Below the pieces are notes generated by a model. That model made no database searches and was not told where the DNA came from. It worked only from the letters and a program-made list of their open reading frames with translations. Both the position numbers and the translations under genes were made by a program. From an uncultured delta proteobacterium (GTDB lineage Bacteria; Desulfobacterota; Syntrophia; Syntrophales; UBA2192): a stretch of DNA of 64,000 nt. Shown here one piece after another: positions 32,758 through 41,215 of the stretch; the stretch's first letter is position 1; each line of letters opens with the position of its first letter. The stretch lies in NCBI GenBank assembly GCA_963705165.1, contig CAVPJD010000026.1, forward strand, positions 33,862 through 97,861. Direction: 5' to 3'.

Positions 32758-33492
32758 GTGAGCTTGCCCGGCCATATAGACAGAACCTACCGAAGCTACA
32801 CATCTAACCGTATTTATTCGCGTTTTACAGTGAAAATCAGCGAAACGGACCTCTATATCCTTGCCGATTCGGATCTGCGCGACTCCGCATTCTGCTCAGC
32901 TCTGGGATATCGTGCCCAGATAGAGGAATTCATCCGGATTCATCCGGAATTCAAAACATCCCTCGTGCCGATCCAGGAGGACAATCTGGCTCCCGAGATC
33001 GTCAGGGATATGCTTCGGGCTTCGATAATGGCCGGCGTGGGTCCCATGGCATCGGTTGCCGGGGCAATCGCAGAGTATGTCGGAAAAGATCTGCTCAAAT
33101 ATAGCGCTAATGTAATTGTTGAGAATGGCGGTGATATATACTTGAATGTAAGGGACGATGTGTCAATCGGAATCTTTGCTGGAGATTCGCCTTTGAGCGA
33201 GAAGATCGCCTTGAATATTTCCGCAAACGAAGCTCCCTTGGGAATTTGCACATCTTCGGGGACAGTAGGTCATTCGCTCAGCTTCGGGGTCGCAGACGCG
33301 GTCTGCATCAAAGCGCATTCGGCGGTGCTTGCCGATGCGGCTGCAACTTCGGTGGGGAATATCATCAAGCATAAATCCGACGTAAAGAGAGGACTCGAGA
33401 GGGCAATGGCCATAAAGGGTGTTCTGGGTGTTCTGATCGTAACCGGCAATACGCTGGCCATACAGGGGGCCATGGAAATCAAAAAGGCCTAG
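32758..33492 (+). CDS. UPF0280 / ApbE-like protein
   Basis: GVGPMASVAGAIA, VENGGDI, CTSSGTVGHSLSFG. Confidence 0.85.
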   Translation: MSLPGHIDRTYRSYTSNRIYSRFTVKISETDLYILADSDLRDSAFCSALGYRAQIEEFIRIHPEFKTSLVPIQEDNLAPEIVRDMLRASIMAGVGPMASVAGAIAEYVGKDLLKYSANVIVENGGDIYLNVRDDVSIGIFAGDSPLSEKIALNISANEAPLGICTSSGTVGHSLSFGVADAVCIKAHSAVLADAAATSVGNIIKHKSDVKRGLERAMAIKGVLGVLIVTGNTLAIQGAMEIKKA

Positions 33493-33616
33493 AATTAAAA
33501 CCCACAGCGGAGAAGATCCTCAGGAAAATATCATCAAGAAAGGCTGCGCAAAAAAAGAGAGAACTCGAGAGGGCAATGGCTGCACTTAGGGCTTGAAATG
33601 CGCATTCCACACATTA

Positions 33617-33644
33617 AGTTTACATAACATATCTTATCAGACAT
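33617..33644 (-). other. dif site (XerCD chromosome-dimer resolution site)
   Basis: minus strand ATGTCTGATAA-GATATG-TTATGTAAACT: 11-6-11 layout with XerD-type arm; intergenic, AT-rich, KOPS converge on it. Confidence 0.85.
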
Positions 33645-33982
33645 TCTTTATCATGTCTTCCCGATGCCCCCAACGATACACAGGCAGCGATCACGTCCTT
33701 GAGGCAAAGCCCCATGCCTTGCGCGTATACCATACCTTTGCTTCCTTACATATGCTTCCATGAAAGACCGTAACACAACAGTGATTAATATCATTATAGT
33801 TAATATATTATATCTATTATATGGTATATTACTTTAACTAAGTTGAGATTATGGTTTATGTTTATCATTCAACATATTGTTTATATGCTTTTATATACGT
33901 CTTAACATTCAAACAGGTTGGTATTTTTTTGACGGATGATCCTGAAACCGGACAGGCGAAGTCGGAAATCTCAGATGATGAA

Positions 33983-34942
33983 TTAAAGACCCTCTTCGGA
34001 GAGTTTCTTGATCAGATCGGATTGTCTGATCGTGAGTTTTTTTGGAACATCGACGAATATGCGCACGAACTGATCCCCGCGACCCTCGCCCTTCAGGTTG
34101 GGAGCTCCGAACCCTTTCATGCGGATTTTCGTGCTGCTCTGTGTTCCGACAGGAATTTTCAGCCGTTTCGGCCCGCCGCTCAGGGTCGGCACCTCGATCG
34201 TCGAGCCGAGGCAGGCCTGGGAGTAACTGACGGTCTTTTCAACATACAGATCATCCCCATCCCTCGAAAAGATAGGATGAGGGAGCACCTGGATGATGAG
34301 ATAGAGATCCCCTGCCGGTCCACCATAGGGACCGGAAAGTCCCTTCCCTGCGAGACGGAGCTTCTTCCCGGACGAGATTCCGGCCGGGATCTTCACACTG
34401 ACTTCCTCTGTCCTGTCACCCTTTTTCAGGGACAGCTTCTTCTCAGCCCCCAGAACTGATTCTTCCAGCGTTATCGACAGGTTATACTCGATGTCCTGCT
34501 CGCTGGGGGACGGAGCCTCGCGCTGACCGTAAGCCTGCTGGCCGAACAGATCCCCGTAAGGGTCGGCTTTGCGCTGCGTCGTGTAGGCACGTCTTCTGCC
34601 TCCGCCCCCTCTTGCGCCGTGCCAGGTGAATTCCCCGCCCAGGTTCCCGAAGCCGAATCCCCTGAGGATGTCATTGATATCGAAGTTGCGGAAGATGTCT
34701 TCCTGGGTGAACTTCTGACGGAAGGCATCCGTACCGAACTCATCGTATTGCTTGCGCTTTTCCGGGTCACTCAGAACGGCGTAGGCCTCGCTGATCTCCT
34801 TGAATTTTTCCTCGGCACGCTTTTTGTCGGAGGGGTTGCGGTCGGGGTGATGCTTGAGCGCAAGCTTTCTGTAGACTTTCTTGATCTCGTCCACACTGGC
34901 GCCCTTGTCGACACCGAGTACCTTGTAATAATCGTCTGCCAT
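33983..34942 (-). CDS. DnaJ-class co-chaperone without zinc finger (CbpA-like)
   Basis: J domain with HPD, G/F region, DnaJ C-domains, no CxxCxGxG. Confidence 0.9.
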   Translation of the reverse strand: MADDYYKVLGVDKGASVDEIKKVYRKLALKHHPDRNPSDKKRAEEKFKEISEAYAVLSDPEKRKQYDEFGTDAFRQKFTQEDIFRNFDINDILRGFGFGNLGGEFTWHGARGGGGRRRAYTTQRKADPYGDLFGQQAYGQREAPSPSEQDIEYNLSITLEESVLGAEKKLSLKKGDRTEEVSVKIPAGISSGKKLRLAGKGLSGPYGGPAGDLYLIIQVLPHPIFSRDGDDLYVEKTVSYSQACLGSTIEVPTLSGGPKRLKIPVGTQSSTKIRMKGFGAPNLKGEGRGDQFVRIFVDVPKKLTIRQSDLIKKLSEEGL

Positions 34943-35043
34943 GACGTCTTCTTAAGCCCCCGGATCGTGATCTCTATTGTAAGATAGGTGCGCAGGGACT
35001 CTGCGTCAATGGATACCGACCATGTGGCCTGAGTCCCGATGAA

Positions 35044-35631
35044 TCATGCGTCCCGGCCCAGATCGAAGGCCTTGAGATTGGCCTGTACGTTTTTCTCCGG
35101 CAGGACCTCGCTCAGGACCTTCTTCCATTCCTCGGGGCTGATCTCCGGGATAAAGCGGGAGATGGCGCCGAGCATGACCGTGTTGACGGCCCTCCGGTTC
35201 CCGGCTTTGGCGGCCAGCTCCGGGCCGGCGATGACCTTCAGCTTGTCTTTGCCGAACAGGGAACGGATGCTTTCGTAGACGTCCTTCGGGTAATCGGCCT
35301 CACCCAGGTTGACGGAGGGCGGATAGATCTCCTCGTCGTTGACGAGGACCATCCCCCCCGTTTTCAGGTAATCCAGGTATCGCAGGGATTCCAGCTTCTC
35401 AAAGGAGACGATCATGTCCACGTCACCCTTCCTGGCCAGGGGCGAATAGACCTTTTCCCCGTAACGGACATGGCTCGTGACGCTGCCGCCGCGCTGGGCC
35501 ATGCCGTGGACCTCGCTCTTCTTCACATCGTAGCCCTTGACCATCATGACCTTGCAGATGATATCGCTTGCCAGCAGGATTCCCTGTCCCCCGACCCCGG
35601 CAAGCAGAAGGTTTTTTACCCTGTTATCCAT
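35044..35631 (-). CDS. iorB: indolepyruvate:ferredoxin oxidoreductase beta subunit
   Basis: GVGGQG, SEVHGMAQRGGSV. Confidence 0.93.
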   Translation of the reverse strand: MDNRVKNLLLAGVGGQGILLASDIICKVMMVKGYDVKKSEVHGMAQRGGSVTSHVRYGEKVYSPLARKGDVDMIVSFEKLESLRYLDYLKTGGMVLVNDEEIYPPSVNLGEADYPKDVYESIRSLFGKDKLKVIAGPELAAKAGNRRAVNTVMLGAISRFIPEISPEEWKKVLSEVLPEKNVQANLKAFDLGRDA

Positions 35632-35635
35632 GGCT

Positions 35636-37426
35636 TTATTGGTCCTCCCGAGTAATCGCTTCCTGGCGGCAAAGCTGCGCGCACAGCGTACAGCCCGTGC
35701 ACAGGGTCGCGTCGATGACGGCGATCCCTTTCTGTTTCTTCCGGTCCGGCCTCGCAGGCAGTCCCGTCTTCTCGAAATCCTTCCACGAGATGGCGGGGCA
35801 GCCGCAGCTCAGGCAGACCTTGCATCCGATGCATGTCTCGGGATCGATGCGGAAAGGCTTCGCCTGTGTGGCTTTCTTGCTCATCAGCAGCACGCAGGGC
35901 GACCGGGCAATAATCAGCGAGGGGCCTTCCTTCTGAAGCTCGCGCTTCAGGACTTCCGTTGTGTTCTTGAACTCCAGCGGATCGATCACCTCGACGCTGT
36001 CGATTCCCAGGATCTTTCCCAGGGCCGCTAAATCAAGTTCCTTCGCCTTTTCGCCCTGGAGGGTGGTGCCCGTGGCCGGGTGCTCCTGCATGCCCGTCAT
36101 GGCCGTGGTCCGGTTGTCGGCGATGATGAAGACGGCATCGCTTCTGTTGTAGGCCGCATTCAGCAGCGTCGTGATCCCCGAGTGGATGAAGGTGGAATCG
36201 CCGATGACGCCGACGACCTTCCCCTTCCCTTTCGGTCCCAGGGCCTTGCTCATTCCGTGGGCGATGCCGATGCTTGCGCCCATGCAGATGCAGCTGTCCA
36301 TCCCGGACAGGGGCTTCATGTACGAAAGGGTGTAGCATCCGATGTCGCCCGAAACGAAGGCCTTTGTCTTGTTCAGAGCGTAGAACAGCCCGCGGTGGGG
36401 GCAGCCCGGACAGAGGTTGGGCGGCCGGGGCGGGATCGTCTGCAGGGTTACGGCCGGTGCCGACGATGTCCCGGTGATGGCTTTCTCCACGACACCGGGG
36501 TCGAACTCGTTGGTGTAGGGGAAGACGGCCTTCCCCGTCACCTCGATCCCCATGGCCTTGATCTGATCCTCGATGAAGGGGTCCAGTTCCTCGACGACGT
36601 AGAGCTTCTTCACCTTCGAGGCGAACTCACGGATCATCCGCTCGGGAAGGGGGTGCACCAGGCCCAGCTTGAGGTAAGAGTAGCCGGGAAAGGCGTCCTT
36701 TGCGTAGTTGTAGGGCATGCCTGCCGTGATGATCCCCACCTCGGTGCTGCCCATCTCCATGCGGTTTCCTGCGAAGGTCTCCGCCCATTCCCGGATTGCC
36801 TGTGTGCGCTTCTCCACCTCGACACGTCTGGCCCGGGCGTTCATCGGAACCATGACGTACTTGAGGGGGAGATGGCGGATCTCCGTGCGGTCCGCGGCCT
36901 TCACGGGCTTCTCGATCCGGACGACGCTCTTGGAGTGGGAAACGCGGGTCGTCGTCCTGAGGAAGACCGGCGTGTCGAACTTCTCGGAGAGCTCGAAGGC
37001 GAGCTTGATGAAGTCCTTTGCCTCCTGGCTGTCGGCCGGCTCCAGCATGGGGATCTTCGCGAACTTCGCATAATTGCGGTTGTCCTGCTCGTTCTGCGAG
37101 CTGTGAAGCGACGGGTCGTCGGCCGTGATGATCACGAGCGCCCCGTTCGTCCCGGTGTAGCTCACCGTGAACAGAGGATCGGCCGCCACGTTGACGCCCA
37201 CGTGCTTCATCACCGCCATGGACCGGGCCCCTGCAAAGGCGGCTCCGATGGCCACCTCGAGTCCGACTTTTTCATTGGGCGACCACTCGGCATAGACGCC
37301 CTTGTACAGTGCGAAGGCCTCCAGGATTTCCGTGCTCGGAGTTCCCGGGTAGCCCGATCCGAAGGTGGCCCCGCACTCCCAGGCGCCGCGGGCAATCGCC
37401 TCGTTTCCCGACATGAGTTCCTGCAT
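35636..37426 (-). CDS. iorA: indolepyruvate:ferredoxin oxidoreductase alpha subunit
   Basis: GNEAIARG, YPGTPSTE, CPGCPH, GDIGCY, GDSTF TPP motif, C-terminal 2x[4Fe-4S]. Confidence 0.95.
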   Translation of the reverse strand: MQELMSGNEAIARGAWECGATFGSGYPGTPSTEILEAFALYKGVYAEWSPNEKVGLEVAIGAAFAGARSMAVMKHVGVNVAADPLFTVSYTGTNGALVIITADDPSLHSSQNEQDNRNYAKFAKIPMLEPADSQEAKDFIKLAFELSEKFDTPVFLRTTTRVSHSKSVVRIEKPVKAADRTEIRHLPLKYVMVPMNARARRVEVEKRTQAIREWAETFAGNRMEMGSTEVGIITAGMPYNYAKDAFPGYSYLKLGLVHPLPERMIREFASKVKKLYVVEELDPFIEDQIKAMGIEVTGKAVFPYTNEFDPGVVEKAITGTSSAPAVTLQTIPPRPPNLCPGCPHRGLFYALNKTKAFVSGDIGCYTLSYMKPLSGMDSCICMGASIGIAHGMSKALGPKGKGKVVGVIGDSTFIHSGITTLLNAAYNRSDAVFIIADNRTTAMTGMQEHPATGTTLQGEKAKELDLAALGKILGIDSVEVIDPLEFKNTTEVLKRELQKEGPSLIIARSPCVLLMSKKATQAKPFRIDPETCIGCKVCLSCGCPAISWKDFEKTGLPARPDRKKQKGIAVIDATLCTGCTLCAQLCRQEAITREDQ

Positions 37427-37445
37427 CGTTCTTCTCCGTCTCCCT

Positions 37446-38135
37446 TTATCCCAGTTGCGCGATCTTGCGCTTGAGCAACGACGAGGCCGCGGGGTCCTTG
37501 GTCTTATCCAGCGCCTTTTTGTAAAACTCCAGCGCCTTCCCGCCGTCGTTCATCTCTTCGTAGATGCGCGCGATATTCCGGTAGCTGAGCCCCTCGTGGA
37601 CATTTCCCGGCTTCGAGTCCACGACCCGGGTGAACGCTTCCAGGGCCTTGTCATATTCCTTCTTTGCCTCGAAGGCGTATCCGATCCCGAACCAGGCGTA
37701 TACCGTCCGGATGTCTTTCCCGGGCGCCTTGTCGATAAATAGCCGGTAGACCTGGATCGACCTGTCGAACTCGCCGGCCGTGAAGTAGAGGTTTCCCAGC
37801 TCATACCGGGCTCCCTGGGCGGCATCGCTCGAGGGGTACTTCGCCACGACGCTCTCAAAGGCCTTGGCGGCCTCGGGGTCGGCAAGCCCCGTCCCCATGG
37901 GGTCGGCCCTCATGAGCTTCATCCGGGCCTCGAAATAGAGCCTGGCCGCCTCGCTCTCGTTGTGGGCCGAATAAAAGAAATACCCCGCTCCCAGTACGAT
38001 CACGAGGGCGAGTGCGCCGGCAGCCGCGTAGAGCTTCTGCCGGTTCTCCCGGGCATAGGTCATGACCTTCCCCACGCCCTCCTGGAAGGCGTCGGGCTGC
38101 TCCAGGTCTTGTTTATCCATCTTTGCTGCAACCAT
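37446..38135 (-). CDS. membrane-anchored TPR protein (YfgM-like)
   Basis: single TM after a short N-terminus, several TPR motifs. Confidence 0.8.
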   Translation of the reverse strand: MVAAKMDKQDLEQPDAFQEGVGKVMTYARENRQKLYAAAGALALVIVLGAGYFFYSAHNESEAARLYFEARMKLMRADPMGTGLADPEAAKAFESVVAKYPSSDAAQGARYELGNLYFTAGEFDRSIQVYRLFIDKAPGKDIRTVYAWFGIGYAFEAKKEYDKALEAFTRVVDSKPGNVHEGLSYRNIARIYEEMNDGGKALEFYKKALDKTKDPAASSLLKRKIAQLG

Positions 38136-38158
38136 ATTTTATCTCTCCCAAGCTTCTT

Positions 38159-38569
38159 TCAGGGTTTTTGCATGGCTGTAAAAATCTCGCCCACCCGTGC
38201 CGGTGCCCGGACGATTTTTCCCTCCCGGTTCAGGAATGCATGAACCGTCAAACCCTCCACGAGGAGCTTTTCCCGCTTCTCGTCCCAGATCTCGTAGGCG
38301 AACTTCACGCTGGCGCGCCGAAAATACTCGATCCGGGTCTCGACGCTGACGATTTCGTCATACCGTGCCGGGAAAAGGTAGTGGCACTCAAGCTGTGTGA
38401 GCGGCAGGAAAAACCCTTCCTTCTCCATCTCGTCGTAGACGACGCCCGCCTCCCGCATCAATTCCGTCCGTCCGATCTCGAACCAGCGTATGTAGTTCGT
38501 GTGATAGACGATCCCCATCGCATCGGTGTCGGCGTAAATGACCCGGATCTTAACGACGCCTGTCTTCAA
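38159..38569 (-). CDS. acyl-CoA thioesterase (YbgC/FadM hotdog family)
   Basis: YADTDAMGIVYHTNYIRWFEIGR. Confidence 0.9.
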   Translation of the reverse strand: MKTGVVKIRVIYADTDAMGIVYHTNYIRWFEIGRTELMREAGVVYDEMEKEGFFLPLTQLECHYLFPARYDEIVSVETRIEYFRRASVKFAYEIWDEKREKLLVEGLTVHAFLNREGKIVRAPARVGEIFTAMQKP

Positions 38570-39779
38570 TAAACCGTCTCCAGTCTCGAATGAACCCCTC
38601 CATCAGCAGGCAGCCCGGGGACACGAGAATTCCGCTTTCACGCGCCGCCGGCTCGCTGTAGGCCTTGCCGTTTTTCAGATTATCCGACGGGACGGACGAC
38701 AGAACGGCAAAGGGGCTCGCCTCCGAGACATGCGTCTTTTTTGCCACCGGCGTAGGATGGTCGCTCAGCACGAGCACCCGAAAATCGCCGAAACGTGCGA
38801 TTCCCTTCAGGACGGTCCCGACGACCTTCTCGTCGAAATCCTCGAGGGCCTTCACCTTGCCTTCCGTGTTCCCCTCGTGGCCCATCTCGTCGGGAGCTTC
38901 CACGTGGACGAAGGCAAAGTCTTTCTCCCGGAGGGCTTCGAGGGCTTTCTCGGCCTTTCCGACGTAGTTCGTGTCGATGTAGCCCGTGGCCCCTTCCACT
39001 TTCAGGACCTCGAGCCCCGCATAGACCCCGAGCCCGTTCAGAAGATCGACAGCGGAGATCATGCCCCCCCGCAGACCGAATTTTTTCGTGAGGGGCTCCA
39101 TGGCAGGCTTGCCGCCCTGGCCCCAGAGCCAGATGGAGGTTGCCTGCTTCTTTCCCTTTTCACTGCGGGAGCGGTTCACGGGGTGATCCCTGAGCACCTC
39201 CCTGGACTTCAGCATCACATCAAGGACCTCGTTGGCGCCTTTGCCTTTCGGCAGGTACTGAGCCGTCGCCTGCCCGGTAATGTCATGCGGGGGGGTCGTC
39301 TCCACCACCGGCCCACCGCCCTTCCAGACGAGCAGGTGCCGGTAGCCCACGCCGGGGTAGAACTTCAGGCGCCCGGAGCCGATTGACTGATCGAGCCCGA
39401 GGATGATCTGGCGCGCCTCGTCCGTACTGATGTGCCCGGCCGTGAAGTCCGCCATGATCGGATCCGGCCCGTCTCCGAGGGTGACCAGGTTGCACCGGAA
39501 GGCCAGGTCCCCCGGGTCGAGAGGGACGCCCATGCTGGCGGCCTCCAGCGGCCCGCGCCCCGTGTAGCACGCCTCAGGGTCGTAGCCGAGTACCGAAAGG
39601 ATGGCCACGTCGCTGCCCGGTTTCAACCCTTTCGGGACCGTGTCGATGAGGCCGAGGGTCCCCTCCCGGGCGATCCTGTCCATGTTGGGGATCTTTGCAT
39701 ATTCCAGCGGGGTCTTCCCGCCCAGACTCTCGACGGCCCAGTCAGCCATGCCGTCGCCCAGAAGCACTGCATATTTCAT
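38550..39779 (-). CDS. cofactor-independent phosphoglycerate mutase-like protein (ApgM type)
   Basis: GDGMAD, PGSDVA, GRGPLEA, HVEAPDEMGH, DHPTP. Confidence 0.88.
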   Translation of the reverse strand: MKYAVLLGDGMADWAVESLGGKTPLEYAKIPNMDRIAREGTLGLIDTVPKGLKPGSDVAILSVLGYDPEACYTGRGPLEAASMGVPLDPGDLAFRCNLVTLGDGPDPIMADFTAGHISTDEARQIILGLDQSIGSGRLKFYPGVGYRHLLVWKGGGPVVETTPPHDITGQATAQYLPKGKGANEVLDVMLKSREVLRDHPVNRSRSEKGKKQATSIWLWGQGGKPAMEPLTKKFGLRGGMISAVDLLNGLGVYAGLEVLKVEGATGYIDTNYVGKAEKALEALREKDFAFVHVEAPDEMGHEGNTEGKVKALEDFDEKVVGTVLKGIARFGDFRVLVLSDHPTPVAKKTHVSEASPFAVLSSVPSDNLKNGKAYSEPAARESGILVSPGCLLMEGFIRDWRRFIEDRRR

Positions 39780-41095
39780 TTCAGTCTGTCGTCCTCGATG
39801 CGGATGCGCACCGTTTTGCCTTTCAGAACGGCCAGCCTGTCGATTTCCTTCAGGGCCGCCCGCATATCCTTCTCCCGGGATTCGTGGGTCGTCATGACGA
39901 CGGGCACCGAGCCCGCCTTGTCCTGGGCCCTGCCCTTCTGGATGACGGCGGAAATGCTGATGTTGTGCTTCCCGAGAATCCCGGAGATTTTCGACAGCAC
40001 GCCGGGCCGGTCCAGGGCCGAAAAACGGAAGTAGTAATTGGTCACGATGTCGTCCATCGGCATCAGCGCGATGGTCTCGATTCTGTCCTCCGAGAGCGAC
40101 CGCGAAGGGACACGGCGCGATATCCCTTTCAGGAGGTCCCGGGCGATGTCGATCAGGTCGGCGACGACGGCGCTTGCCGTGGGCATCATGCCCGAGCCCT
40201 GTCCATAGAGAAATACGGGGCCCGAGGCGTCGCCGCGAATGTGCAGGGCGTTGTAGTTGCCGTTCACGCTCGCCAGCAGGTGATCGAAGGGGATCATGGT
40301 CGGGTGGATCCGCGCCTCGATGGCCCCGCCCCGCTCAATCGCGATGGCCAGCAGCTTGATCTTGTAACCCAGTTCCTTGGCAAACTCGATATCCTGCTGG
40401 CTCACCCCCGTAATGCCTTCTCGATAGATTTCCTCCAGGTTCACCTTCTTGCCGTAGGACAGGGCCAGCACGATCCCCAGCTTGTGAGCCGTGTCGATCC
40501 CCTCCACGTCGAAGGTGGGGTCCGCCTCGGCAAAACCGAGGGCCTGTGCCTCGCGCAGCACCGTCTTGAAGTTCTTCCCCTCGTCGGTCATTTTCGTGAG
40601 GATGAAATTCGTGGTCCCGTTCAAGATGCTGAAGATGGACCGGATCCGGTTGGCCGCAAGGCTCTCCCGGAGGGTCTTGATGACGGGGATGGTGCCCCCG
40701 ACGCTCGCCTCGAAACCGATATTGACCCCGCGGCGCTCGGCGGCCTTGAAGATCTCGTTTCCGTAGGTGGCCAGCAGGGCCTTGTTGGCCGTCACCACGT
40801 GCTTGCCCTGCCGGATGGCCTCGAGAATGAAGCCCTTCGCCGGCTCGTAGCCTCCGACAAGCTCGATGACGATGGAGATCTCGGGGTCGTTCAGGATGGC
40901 TCTGGCGTCCTTGGTCAGGAGCTTGCGGTCCACCGTCACCGGTCGGGGCGTCTTCAAATCGAGATCGGCAATCTTCTTGACGACGAGTTTCGCCCCCAGG
41001 CGCTGCTCGATGAGGCTTCCGTTTTCCATGAGCAGCTTCACAGTGCCGGCACCGATGTTGCCGAAACCGATCAACCCGGCATAGATGGTTTTCAT
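39776..41095 (-). CDS. hom: homoserine dehydrogenase with ACT domain
   Basis: GFGNIG, VVTANK, EASVGGTIP, NGTTNFIL, AEADP, DRPGVL. Confidence 0.96.
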   Translation of the reverse strand: MKTIYAGLIGFGNIGAGTVKLLMENGSLIEQRLGAKLVVKKIADLDLKTPRPVTVDRKLLTKDARAILNDPEISIVIELVGGYEPAKGFILEAIRQGKHVVTANKALLATYGNEIFKAAERRGVNIGFEASVGGTIPVIKTLRESLAANRIRSIFSILNGTTNFILTKMTDEGKNFKTVLREAQALGFAEADPTFDVEGIDTAHKLGIVLALSYGKKVNLEEIYREGITGVSQQDIEFAKELGYKIKLLAIAIERGGAIEARIHPTMIPFDHLLASVNGNYNALHIRGDASGPVFLYGQGSGMMPTASAVVADLIDIARDLLKGISRRVPSRSLSEDRIETIALMPMDDIVTNYYFRFSALDRPGVLSKISGILGKHNISISAVIQKGRAQDKAGSVPVVMTTHESREKDMRAALKEIDRLAVLKGKTVRIRIEDDRLK

Positions 41096-41215
41096 CGCTC
41101 ACGCTCCCGTAAAAAATGGCTTATGGCAAAAGACGTAATGCAAAGGGTCAAAGGCCTTTCGAAGCACTCGATTATAGTGAAAACGATTGTTTTGTCAAAG
41201 CAATTCCATCGGGCA

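Noticed and set aside
33851..34459. 202-aa + strand ORF starting in the AT-rich patch
   Set aside because: Mostly antisense to the DnaJ-like gene; low-complexity N-terminus.
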